Assembly (NCBI GenBank): GCA_963755935.1
Contig: CAVWME010000015.1
Location: 23,141 to 87,140 of the forward strand
DNA: 64,000 nt
DNA from: an uncultured Gammaproteobacteria bacterium
GTDB lineage: Bacteria; Pseudomonadota; Gammaproteobacteria; Steroidobacterales; Steroidobacteraceae
Direction of reading: 5' to 3'
Both the position numbers and the translations under genes were made by a program. Below are positions 18,047 through 26,867 of this stretch, piece after piece (the stretch's first letter is position 1; the number at the start of each line of letters is the position of its first letter). The notes beneath the pieces were generated by a model. It was given only the letters and a program-made list of their open reading frames with translations, was not told the origin of the DNA and made no database searches.

Positions 18047-19732
18047 ATGACCGGGGCCGTATCCCCTCCCAGCCCAAGTCCCAGCTCAGCCGCTGCAGGC
18101 TCTCTGACGTGGCGTTGGGCGCACAAAATCGGGGTCACAGCTGCGGTCGGCGGGATTTATTTCCTGGTCGCAGAATTGGGCCTCGGCCTGTATGGAGAGA
18201 CCAACTGGGTTTCCGTGTTCTGGCCTGCTTTCGGCGTTTCCGCAGGTATCCTAATCGCGCTGGGTCCGAGCGCTCGATGGCAGGTGGCGATTGGTGTCAC
18301 AGCCGCGATCCTTGTGGCCCATGCAATCCTAGGAGACCCACGCTGGCTCGGTCCAGCCTTCGGCTTGGCGGACGCGGCAGAAGCCTTGGTTACGGCAGGT
18401 TTGATTGAGCACTTCTTCGGGGCGCATTTCAGCCTTGGGAAACTGCGTCACGTGCTCGGACTGCTTGGGGCGGCAATCCCGGGAAGTATCGCCTCTTTTA
18501 TCACGTGGGTCCTTCCGTCCAGAATCTTCCAGAATTCCACAGAACCCATCCTGACCACTTGGCAGCACTGGCTTATGGGCGACATGGTCGGTTTCGTGGC
18601 ACTTGGGCCGTTCGTAATCGGGCTTTTCGCAGCCGTGCGCCACCCGCCGGGATGGAGAGAACTGATCGAAGGAGCGGCGGGACTCGTTGCGCTTATGTTG
18701 ATGACCGCAATAATCGTCTTGCTACCGCAAAGTTACTGGGAAATGTTGCTTCCGGTGGCTTGGCTGTTTCCGATGCTGTTTTGGCTTGCGGCGCGCTGCC
18801 GTCCCGTCTTCGCCGCAGCGGGCGCTTTTATAGTTTCGACCACCGTTGTCTGGACGACGGTCTTTGGGATCGGACATTTTGGAAGTTCCGGACTTGCGGT
18901 CAATGACCGTAACTTGCAAGCCCAAGCGATGATATTGGTCGTCGCGCTTGGCGCGTTGGTTCTCTCTGCACTGTTTGCTGAACGGAGGGACAACGAGGGT
19001 CGGCTCGCGCGCTCGAACGAAATGCTGCAGCGCGAACGCGACAACAAGCTGATGAGTGCGCAGGCGATTACCGCATCGATTGTCCACGAGCTCAAGCAAC
19101 CTCTGACAGCGGTTATCGCAAACGGGTCAGCGGCGATTACATTTCTTGAAATGACGTCACCGAATTATCCCGAAGTGCGAGCGGCCTTGATAGACATCAT
19201 CGACGACGCTCGGCGAGCCACCGAAACAATGGATGGCATTCGCGCCTTGTTCCAATGGGCTGAAGACAGGCGGGAGTCCGTCGACGTGAATGAGGTCATC
19301 GGTGACGTGCTTCACGGCCTGCGGGAGGACTTGAGCGGTCATCGTGTCACGGCTCGCGTCGAACTCACACACGAGATGCCGCTTGTCCAGGGTAACAAGC
19401 AACAATTGCGAGAGGTCATTGTTAATCTGGCCAATAACGCAATCGAAGCAATGGACGCCACGAACGATCGGGATCGAATACTGTGGGTGAGAAGCGAAAT
19501 TCGCGACCGCGGGTCAATTGCGGTGACTGTTCAGGACACGGGACCGGGAATTGATCCTTCAGGATTGGACGCAGTTTTCGACGCATTCTTTACGACAAAG
19601 AGAAAAGGGATGGGGTTGGGGCTGGCGATCTGCCGCTTGATTGCCGAGCATCATAACGGCCGGCTTACGGCATCCTCGAACGGGAAGGACGGAGCGCTCT
19701 TTCAATTCGTGTTGCCCGTGGCCTCTGCATAG
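18047..19732 (+). CDS. sensor histidine kinase with an N-terminal MASE1-like membrane domain
   Basis: 561 aa. There are about eight hydrophobic helices, a coiled linker, the H-box SIVHELKQPL, the N-box NLANNAIEA and the G-boxes DTGPGI and GMGLGL. No response regulator lies nearby. Confidence 0.85.
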   Translation: MTGAVSPPSPSPSSAAAGSLTWRWAHKIGVTAAVGGIYFLVAELGLGLYGETNWVSVFWPAFGVSAGILIALGPSARWQVAIGVTAAILVAHAILGDPRWLGPAFGLADAAEALVTAGLIEHFFGAHFSLGKLRHVLGLLGAAIPGSIASFITWVLPSRIFQNSTEPILTTWQHWLMGDMVGFVALGPFVIGLFAAVRHPPGWRELIEGAAGLVALMLMTAIIVLLPQSYWEMLLPVAWLFPMLFWLAARCRPVFAAAGAFIVSTTVVWTTVFGIGHFGSSGLAVNDRNLQAQAMILVVALGALVLSALFAERRDNEGRLARSNEMLQRERDNKLMSAQAITASIVHELKQPLTAVIANGSAAITFLEMTSPNYPEVRAALIDIIDDARRATETMDGIRALFQWAEDRRESVDVNEVIGDVLHGLREDLSGHRVTARVELTHEMPLVQGNKQQLREVIVNLANNAIEAMDATNDRDRILWVRSEIRDRGSIAVTVQDTGPGIDPSGLDAVFDAFFTTKRKGMGLGLAICRLIAEHHNGRLTASSNGKDGALFQFVLPVASA

Positions 19733-19844
19733 ACCGCATGTCGCTGGGGGCAGCGGTATTGAGCTTTGGGCCAATAACTGCGGGTGCGCTTCCGTGCAAC
19801 CCTTCGAAGTCGAGCGCAGTTTGCGTTCGACGGGAGGAGGGACC

Positions 19845-21194
19845 ATGGCAGCAGAATTCTCACCATCGGCGAATCTCGTCGAGACTCGCGCAATCGCGAA
19901 AGAGGCTTATATTTACGGCTTTCCGATGGTCGATGGCTACCGTATTCAGCACGCCTACTTCGTGAATAAGGCGGGGCCGGAATATAAGGTGCCTTACAAC
20001 CAGATAGCGAGCTTTGCCCGCGTGTTTACGCCGGACGATACAGTCGTACAGACACCCAATTCAGACACACCGTACTCGTTCGCCGGATTGGATCTTCGCG
20101 CTGAGCCGATGGTCCTCACGGTACCGCCGATTGAGAAGGGGCGCTACTTCAGCGTCCAGCTGGTCGACCTTTACACATTCAACTTTCACTATATCGGCAG
20201 CCGCGCGACGGGGAATGACGGCGGCAGCTTTCTAATCGCCGGGCCGGGATGGAAGGGCCAGTCGCCTGGCGGCGTAAAGAGAGTCATCCAATCCGAAACC
20301 GACCTCGTAAACGCCATTTATCGCACGCAGCTATTCGATGCGAAGGATATCGATAACGTCAAGAAAATCCAAGCAGGCTATAAAGTGCAACCGCTATCGG
20401 TGTTTCTCGGTCAGCCTGCTCCGAAGATGGCTCCCCCGATCAACTTCCTCAAGCCGCTGTCACCGGATCAAGAAAAAACGTCGCTGGAGTTCTTTAACCA
20501 GCTCAACTTCGTCCTGACTTTTTGCCCTACGCATCCATCGGAGGAAGCGTTGATGGAGCGCTTCGCGACGATTGGCGTCGGCGCAGGCAAGACTATTGAG
20601 GTGAGCAAGCTGTCGCCCGAGCAAAAGCAGGCGCTGCAAGATGGGATGGCTGACGCGTGGGTTGCATTCGGTGAATTTCGCAAAAACGAATTTGCGACGG
20701 GAAGAGTCACCTCGAACGACGTCTTCGGCACTCGTGCGGTCCTGAAGAATAACTATCCATATCGGATGGCGGCGGCGGTGCTCGGTATCTACGGCAATTC
20801 GGCGCAAGAGGCCATGTACCCAAGCTATGCCGTCGATTCCAAGGGAAAGCCGCTCGACGGCACCCATCGCTACACCATTCATTTTGCAAAGGGCGAGGTA
20901 CCGCCTGTCAACGCATTTTGGTCACTGACGATGTACAAAATGCCCTCAAGCCTACTGGTGGCCAATCCGCTCAACCGCTACCTGCTAAATTCTCCGATGC
21001 TGCCGCAGTTCAAGCCTGATGCCGACGGAGGTATCACGCTCTACATTCAGAACGTCTCCCCCGGAACGGACAAGGAAGCAAACTGGCTACCTGCGCCAAG
21101 CGGGGCATTTGCCGTGTTCATGCGCCTCTATTGGCCGAAGACCGAGGCACTCGACGGCACATGGACGCATCCGCCGTTGGTCGAGGCTGATTGA
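19845..21194 (+). CDS. DUF1254/DUF1214 domain protein
   Basis: ATG 19845 is preceded by GGAGGAGG. The family is suggested by AYIYGFPMVDGYR, PNSDTPYS, RYFSVQLVDLYT and NAFWSLTMY...NPLNRY. The upstream part of ORF 19641..21194 overlaps the kinase end. Confidence 0.8.
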   Translation: MAAEFSPSANLVETRAIAKEAYIYGFPMVDGYRIQHAYFVNKAGPEYKVPYNQIASFARVFTPDDTVVQTPNSDTPYSFAGLDLRAEPMVLTVPPIEKGRYFSVQLVDLYTFNFHYIGSRATGNDGGSFLIAGPGWKGQSPGGVKRVIQSETDLVNAIYRTQLFDAKDIDNVKKIQAGYKVQPLSVFLGQPAPKMAPPINFLKPLSPDQEKTSLEFFNQLNFVLTFCPTHPSEEALMERFATIGVGAGKTIEVSKLSPEQKQALQDGMADAWVAFGEFRKNEFATGRVTSNDVFGTRAVLKNNYPYRMAAAVLGIYGNSAQEAMYPSYAVDSKGKPLDGTHRYTIHFAKGEVPPVNAFWSLTMYKMPSSLLVANPLNRYLLNSPMLPQFKPDADGGITLYIQNVSPGTDKEANWLPAPSGAFAVFMRLYWPKTEALDGTWTHPPLVEAD

Positions 21195-21252
21195 CGCTCA
21201 GGACCTGGACCTGCGAGCCACTATCGGCCCGGTTAGGAGAAAAGCGGGGTCT

Positions 21253-21324
21253 TGCCGGCTGAGGGATTCGAACCCCCGACCTACGGTTTACAAAACCGTT
21301 GCACTACCACTGTGCTAAGCCGGC
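21253..21324 (-). tRNA. tRNA-Thr (anticodon UGU)
   Basis: The reverse complement is GCCGGCT-TA-GCAC-AGTGGTA-GTGC-A-ACGGT-TTTGTAA-ACCGT-AGGTC-GGGGG-TTCGAAT-CCCTC-AGCCGGC-A. It folds as a cloverleaf with a 7-bp acceptor stem and anticodon loop TT-TGT-AA. CCA is not encoded. Confidence 0.9.
21257..21273. repeat. tRNA-internal copy of the 17-bp direct repeat
   Basis: Identical to 16274-16290. Confidence 0.6.
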
Positions 21325-21540
21325 ACAAAAGTATAAAAAATTTAATTAAATCAATCTGTTAGGAATACCGGGTCGGCATCGGACCTCAACCGACCAACAG
21401 ATGAGACCTGGTTACGGCCAGGAGAAATTATAACTCACTGATCGCGTACATGACTTTCCATGCGCGGACGAGTGAAATGGTCGCGACGGCTCGGCAGGAG
21501 TGAAACCGACGCTTTGGGGCCCCAGATGCTTGCCGGGGTC

Positions 21541-22302
21541 TTAGCTCAGGCTAACGGTTCGCTCTGGGCGATAGCCGCGAAGGACCAGCAACCCACCGCA
21601 GAGAAGCGTTAAGCCGGCCATCGCCGATGATGGATCGATCTCTGGTGCTGCTGCCGGTGTTCCAATGACGGTCATCGCGAGCCCTTCTTTCGGAACGAGG
21701 GGGGACCACGCAGAGTAGTTGGATATCACACCACCTCCATTGATCCCAGCATCCCAAACTTCTACACCTGCAGCGAGCTCTGAGCCGTACCCAGCTATTG
21801 CAAAGATATAAGACCCTGGGCCTAAGTTAATCGAGCCGGTATTGATCGTGACTTCGTTGAGCCACGAGCCTATTTGGCTTGATCCTGGTACGAGGTTTAA
21901 AGATGAATATGTGTTAGGCCCAGTCCCAGAACCAATCTCTTGTCCGCCGGGTGAGGCCACAACAGGTATCACTGGAAAGACTTGCGCAGGTCCGGTCGGG
22001 GCGCTGCCTAGAAGGCCTGTGGGTAAGCCATTGGGTCCTTCGGAATAGATCGACCAGGTATAACGTAAAGGGTATGCGCTGCTGTCCGACGTGAGGATGC
22101 TAATCGCCTGGATCGTGCTGTTTCCGGTCAAGGTAAAGCTTTGACCAACCTGGCTGCTAACGGCACAAGCTTCTTGTGAGGGGCATGCGCCTCCGACCGC
22201 CGGCTGGTTTGAGGTATAGGGATTCTCGAAAAGTACCTGCTGTGCCGCGAGAGGCCCCGACAGCGACACCAGAACGATCAACGGCAGAATCCTTTTACTC
22301 AT
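21541..22302 (-). CDS. secreted protein with a PEP-CTERM/VPEID-CTERM-like C-terminal sorting signal
   Basis: Part of ORF 21541..22419, starting at MSKRILPLIVLVSLSGPLAAQQ (ATG, complement of 22300-22302). The tail is APEIDPSSAMAGLTLLCGGLLVLRGYRPER. GC content is lower than in the pil genes. Confidence 0.6.
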   Translation of the reverse strand: MSKRILPLIVLVSLSGPLAAQQVLFENPYTSNQPAVGGACPSQEACAVSSQVGQSFTLTGNSTIQAISILTSDSSAYPLRYTWSIYSEGPNGLPTGLLGSAPTGPAQVFPVIPVVASPGGQEIGSGTGPNTYSSLNLVPGSSQIGSWLNEVTINTGSINLGPGSYIFAIAGYGSELAAGVEVWDAGINGGGVISNYSAWSPLVPKEGLAMTVIGTPAAAPEIDPSSAMAGLTLLCGGLLVLRGYRPERTVSLS

Positions 22303-22490
22303 CGCGGGTCCCCCACCCAGAATATTTCGCCGCAGATGCCAACGGCTCCCTAAAAAACAAATGTCGCTGATCCGCCGAGGCTCAAACTGATCCGCCGGCG
22401 CGTCACGCGCATGTGACATATCTCAAATTTATTGGTCACTCGATGTGATCGCCGTCGCAGTTCGTGGGCGATGAGTCAGCGAGCCTCGAA

Positions 22491-22889
22491 TCAGGTCGAT
22501 CCCCAGCAGGTCTGCGAGTTCGCCGCAGGGGTGGCGCCTTGTGTGCCGGCGTTGTTGAGCGTGAAGCTCGTGCACATGGAGTCGTTGGTTTGCGGCGACT
22601 TGAGCGGCGTGGCGGTGATCGTGAAGCTATTCGCCGTGGGGGCGACCGTGAGCGTGTAGTAGCCTTGAGCGGACGGACCCGAGACCGCGGATGCACAACC
22701 CAGATAGGTAAACGTCTGCGAGTAGCAGCGCTCGAGCGCCTGCGCGTCGTAGGTCATGCTGCGTGTCGCGTCGGTTCGGTTCGCGGTCTTGGTGTACGCG
22801 GTGTATGCGGGGATGGCGATCGCCGCGAGAATCCCGACGATTCCCATCGCTACTATGAGCTCGATGAGCGAGAATCCATTTTTTTTCAC
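22491..22889 (-). CDS. pilE: type IV pilin-like protein PilE (minor pilin)
   Basis: GTG start with a GAGGA Shine-Dalgarno sequence. It has the prepilin leader and N-methylation motif MKKNGFSLIELIVAMGIVGILAAIAIPAY and C-terminal Cys residues. Confidence 0.85.
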   Translation of the reverse strand: MKKNGFSLIELIVAMGIVGILAAIAIPAYTAYTKTANRTDATRSMTYDAQALERCYSQTFTYLGCASAVSGPSAQGYYTLTVAPTANSFTITATPLKSPQTNDSMCTSFTLNNAGTQGATPAANSQTCWGST

Positions 22890-22899
22890 TGAGTTATCC

Positions 22900-23193
22900 T
22901 CAAGGTTGCGAGCCAGTCGCTATGGCAATCACTTCCGCTGTGGAGCTGCCCGGCGGACCATCGAGCGTGAGTTGCACCTCCTGACCGGTCGATAGGCTGC
23001 CGAGCGCCTTTTCCGCCGCGCTGCCCTTTTTGACATGGTAGGTGTGGCTGCCGACCTCTATCTCGTCGCCGCCCGGCAACGCGGTGATTTGCCCCGTGAC
23101 CGACGGGACGTAGGCTCGGGTGCTCCATCCCACATTGGGCAGCATGCAAAGCGCCAGCGCGCCCGAGGCGAGAGCGATTTTGAGTTTGCTCAT
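22900..23193 (-). CDS. small secreted protein in the PilY2 position
   Basis: Part of ORF 22900..23223, starting at MSKLKIALASGALALCMLPNVGWS. It lies between pilY1 and pilE with 8- and 10-nt gaps. I recognise no motif. Confidence 0.5.
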   Translation of the reverse strand: MSKLKIALASGALALCMLPNVGWSTRAYVPSVTGQITALPGGDEIEVGSHTYHVKKGSAAEKALGSLSTGQEVQLTLDGPPGSSTAEVIAIATGSQP

Positions 23194-23201
23194 TGAATTG
23201 T

Positions 23202-26200
23202 TCACTGGTGAACCTCCCACCATGCAGTACGGCTCTTGGAATTGCCCTTCTCGACGACGGTTTGAATCGTGCCGTCGGATCGAGTGATCAGCTTGACGGC
23301 TCCCGCCGTGGTCATGTTAGCAGTGCGAATCGTGGGCGCGGTGGCGAAGACAGCGCCGAGCCCCATCCCGACCGGGAAGACCGTGCTGCCGGTCGAGTTG
23401 GTCGCGGTATCGCTGGAATTGATCTGCCCGTCGCCGTTGAGGTCGAACTGCGGGCTGGTGAAGCTCCCGCCGGCATAGTTCAGAACATAGAGGTACGAGT
23501 TGCCGCCCACCGTGCAAACATTGGCATTCGGCTGATAGGTCGTGAGTACCAGCGCGCCGCCGCTCTCTATGCGCGGATCGGTCACCCCGCGCTCGCGGGT
23601 GTGCGCGGCCTGGGCAGGCGTACAGCCGCCGCAAGCCGGGAGATTCAAGTCCACGTACCAGCCTTCCTGCGTGGGAATCGTCAACGCACTGCCGGTGACG
23701 ATGTAAGCGGCGCTATTGCTGTAGGCGTACGAGAGCGGCTCGTTCTCCAGGGCCGCGCTCGTGCGCTGGAGTGGAGTGCTGTAACCCGCGGCCGGGTCGA
23801 AGATGCCGTAAATCGTCTGAACTTGAGTGGTGGCAAGGTCGGGGGTCCCGAGGAGCTGTCCGGTGACGAAGTACACCATGGTGCCGAGGACGGCCGGATA
23901 GCGCGGATTGAGAGTCGCCGCCGGCGACGTGGTGATGGGTTGCGCATTGTTGCTCGCATCGCGCGCCTGGAACATCACGCTCACCGTCCACAGGGTGGGG
24001 TTGGCATTCGAGATGTTGATACGCCACAGGTTGCCCTGCAGATCGCCGGCATACACGAGATTCGAGTACTGGCTGAGCTGTCCGCTCGAATTCACTGCGA
24101 TGACGGTGGACAGACCATTCGCTTTGGTCAAATTGCAGGCCGTCGGCACCGCAGCGCACAGGTCAATCTTGGTGAATGCCGGGGTGCTGGGATTACTGGG
24201 ACCGTATTGCGGATTGAGCGCATACAGAAACGGTTTCCCATAGCGGCTGTTGTAGCCATTGCCGAAGAACGCCATCCAGCCGGCCGCCGTATCGGTAATC
24301 GCGGGGGTGCTGAATCCGAGTCCCATGTCGGGATCCGTAAAATCCCACAGTACATTGGATGAGAGCTGACTCTCGGTCGTGATGCCCGCGGGATTGGTCA
24401 CGTCGAGCGCATACACGCTGCCGCCGCCCTGAGCTTCGGCACCCACCAGGACCGTATGCCAGCTGTTGTCGGCGAATTGCACATCGGAGGCCTGCGGGGA
24501 TCCGTTGACGTAAAACTGATGGACGGCGTTGTAATAGGGATTGACCAGCATGGGCAGATTGGCGTACACGCCGGTCGGAATGTAGGCAAACATCTCGTTG
24601 CCGGTGGTAGCCGAGAAGGCATGCATCATGCCGTCATCCGCTCCCACGTAAATCATCGGCTGACGATTCTTGTAGGTTTGCTGAAAAGCGATATAGGAGG
24701 CGCTCTGGTTGCTTGCGGATGGCGCACCAATGTAGAGAGGATCGCTGCTGACGATGTCTCCCAGTTTGTGCGTGCGGTTGCGGAACTGCCCGCCGTTGCG
24801 CACTTCCTGTGCGTTCGAGCCGCGCAAGAACTGCAGCACGTCCTGGCCGTTGGTATCTTGGGTAAACGTCTCGAGGTCCTGGCCGAGCGTTGTGGTGGAC
24901 GCGATGCCCGTCGTCGGCGTGCCCGTATTCCATTGGAACGGCGTGCCTGCATTGGCTACCGGATCCCAAGTGGCAATGAGGCGGCCCGTAAGCCAATTCT
25001 GCCCGTCGAGTTGCGTCTGTGCGGACCACAGCGCGTTCGTCGGGAGCGTGCTTACCGCGCCAGTGGTTGGGTTGATGGGAAATGCGTAGAGGTTTCCGGT
25101 CCAGTCCTGGTAAAGGTCGGAGGTCGTGAATTGCGACTGATAGACGACGGAACTGGTATTCAAGCCCGTCGAGTTGACCGCCGCCGAGGCGGTCGATTGC
25201 GTCGCGGCCAAGATCGTCGTGATGATGGTCTGCAGATCCGCGGTCACCGCACCCGGGCTGTTGGCGGCGAAAAAGGTATTGGTGCCGCCCGCGACCGCCA
25301 TGGCGGTAAGCGTGTTGGCTTCCACTTGCGCTTGCGCGCTCGCCGTCGGGCTAACGCCGGCGCCCACGCCGATGATGTAGGTCTTGACGGGGTTCGGTAA
25401 GCTTTGCAGGGCCGCGAGTTCCGTCATTACGTCGAGTAGTGCCTGATCGTTGCTCGAAATCAACGCCCCGTTCCCCGTCGTGTTGAAACTGGCAGTCACG
25501 CCCCACCCGGTCGCGGCCGAGCTGCCGAGCGGCGGCCAGGCATGATTGCTCAGATCGAGCGTGGGCAACCCGTCGGTGACCAGAACGACATATCGCTCTG
25601 CGGTACAGCCGTTGGTGCTTGCCGGGTTGGTGGTTTTGAAATAGTTGTATGCCGCCTTGAGCATGCCCGCAATCGGCGACTGGGTGGAGGCCGCTTTCAT
25701 CTCGGTGGTGCTCAGCTGATTCGTTTCCGGCGCGAGGAAGGGCGTGAAGGCCGCGATCGCCGTGGCCACGGACGTGGGGGTCGGCGTTTGGCCTGACGTG
25801 GTCATCGGAACGATCATATTGGCGTTATTCGCGACTTCACTCGTCGTGTAATAGCCGAACCCGCGCTCCTCGTACAGCACCTGAGTCGAATAGGGGACAT
25901 ACCCCGCGTTGGTAGGGCCGGTCTGATTGGCACAGGTGCCCGACGGTTCCTCGGCGCTATAGGTTTCCAGCACTCCGCCCGTCTCGTAACTGGTGAGCGG
26001 GTAGGCGAACGGGCTCGCCGGGGCAGGACCGCCGAAAACCATGCACACCGGATCGGAGGTTCCGTACGGGGGACCCTGGTACAACACGTCGTTGATGGCC
26101 GGATCATCGCTGCTCGCGGAGATCAACATATAGGGATCGCTGGTGATGTTGGTTTGGTGCGGGACCTGCACGGTCGCGTACCAGTTGCTCAGCACCTGAC

Positions 26201-26846
26201 AGTCGTATTGCACGGTGTGCGCGGCGGGTGAGCCGGTTATCGTCACCCCGTAACAAGGGTTGGCAACGATCTCATCACCCAGCGGCGGAGTCGGGTTGAT
26301 GGTGAAAACGAATCCTCCCGTCGGACTCATCTGATAGACCCAGGTAGCCCACTCGTACTCAGTGCCCGAGGTCTCATAATCCATCAAGGCGAAATCCGCA
26401 TCCGCGATGTAGTTGTTCAAGATCGATGTGATGCCGGCCTTGGCGACGTTCAGACGGCTGGCGGAGTTGTCGTACAGAACGCCGCCGCTGTTGACCGTAT
26501 AAGGAGCGACGCCAGAGGAGCCCGGGTTCAAAGGAGGTGTGAAGCTGGTGGGGATCGTGTAGTTCACGGGCGAGCTCGACGCGTTCAGAGCCGAGAAGCT
26601 GGTGGGCAACCCGCCGGAGCCCGTCATGATGGCGCCGCTCAGGTTGCCATCCATGGATTGCGAATTACCCACAGCCAGCAGAATTTGCGGATGCGCCGGA
26701 ATTTGCACGGTCATGGGCACTTGCGATATGGGCACCAGCGCCGGCGCCGTGGCGAGGGCTAAGGCGAACGGCCAGCCCGCCATGAGCGTCATCCCGGCGG
26801 CAATCGCGCTTCGTTGCAGGGTTACTGTTATCCGTTGCATATTCAT
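23202..26846 (-). CDS. pilY1: type IV pilus tip adhesin / biogenesis factor PilY1
   Basis: 1214 aa, intact. It has a signal peptide, an N-terminal vWA-like region (LLAVGNSQSMDG) and a C-terminal PilY1/PilC propeller (MIYVGADDGMMHAF, VLVGAEAQGGGSVYALDV). An EF-hand-like Ca loop, DLNGDGQINSSD, lies at nt 23409-23444. Confidence 0.9.
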   Translation of the reverse strand: MNMQRITVTLQRSAIAAGMTLMAGWPFALALATAPALVPISQVPMTVQIPAHPQILLAVGNSQSMDGNLSGAIMTGSGGLPTSFSALNASSSPVNYTIPTSFTPPLNPGSSGVAPYTVNSGGVLYDNSASRLNVAKAGITSILNNYIADADFALMDYETSGTEYEWATWVYQMSPTGGFVFTINPTPPLGDEIVANPCYGVTITGSPAAHTVQYDCQVLSNWYATVQVPHQTNITSDPYMLISASSDDPAINDVLYQGPPYGTSDPVCMVFGGPAPASPFAYPLTSYETGGVLETYSAEEPSGTCANQTGPTNAGYVPYSTQVLYEERGFGYYTTSEVANNANMIVPMTTSGQTPTPTSVATAIAAFTPFLAPETNQLSTTEMKAASTQSPIAGMLKAAYNYFKTTNPASTNGCTAERYVVLVTDGLPTLDLSNHAWPPLGSSAATGWGVTASFNTTGNGALISSNDQALLDVMTELAALQSLPNPVKTYIIGVGAGVSPTASAQAQVEANTLTAMAVAGGTNTFFAANSPGAVTADLQTIITTILAATQSTASAAVNSTGLNTSSVVYQSQFTTSDLYQDWTGNLYAFPINPTTGAVSTLPTNALWSAQTQLDGQNWLTGRLIATWDPVANAGTPFQWNTGTPTTGIASTTTLGQDLETFTQDTNGQDVLQFLRGSNAQEVRNGGQFRNRTHKLGDIVSSDPLYIGAPSASNQSASYIAFQQTYKNRQPMIYVGADDGMMHAFSATTGNEMFAYIPTGVYANLPMLVNPYYNAVHQFYVNGSPQASDVQFADNSWHTVLVGAEAQGGGSVYALDVTNPAGITTESQLSSNVLWDFTDPDMGLGFSTPAITDTAAGWMAFFGNGYNSRYGKPFLYALNPQYGPSNPSTPAFTKIDLCAAVPTACNLTKANGLSTVIAVNSSGQLSQYSNLVYAGDLQGNLWRINISNANPTLWTVSVMFQARDASNNAQPITTSPAATLNPRYPAVLGTMVYFVTGQLLGTPDLATTQVQTIYGIFDPAAGYSTPLQRTSAALENEPLSYAYSNSAAYIVTGSALTIPTQEGWYVDLNLPACGGCTPAQAAHTRERGVTDPRIESGGALVLTTYQPNANVCTVGGNSYLYVLNYAGGSFTSPQFDLNGDGQINSSDTATNSTGSTVFPVGMGLGAVFATAPTIRTANMTTAGAVKLITRSDGTIQTVVEKGNSKSRTAWWEVHQ

Positions 26847-26867
26847 AACGTTGTCCTTGAGCTCCGG

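Larger units (their letters stand above)
16274..21273. mobile_element. candidate integrase-less genomic islet at the 3' end of tRNA-Thr (ars genes, orphan kinase, DUF1254/1214)
   Basis: It is bracketed by the 17-bp direct repeat, one copy of which lies inside the tRNA 3' half facing the islet. The region is visibly more AT-rich than the flanks. No integrase or excisionase ORF is present. Confidence 0.45.

Noticed and set aside
16291-21252. Search for an integrase, excisionase, transposase or plasmid gene that would make the tRNA-Thr islet a defined mobile element.
   Set aside because: Every ORF over 60 aa in all six frames is either one of the five annotated genes or its shadow. The element is therefore reported only as an integrase-less candidate.
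21325-21540. AT-rich spacer with TTGATT-13 nt-TATACT just upstream of the tRNA, a TATAAT at 21427-21432 (minus strand) and two short hairpins. Together these suggest a possible tRNA promoter or a small RNA.
   Set aside because: The spacer lengths and -35 matches are poor, so I cannot support a specific promoter or ncRNA call from sequence alone.
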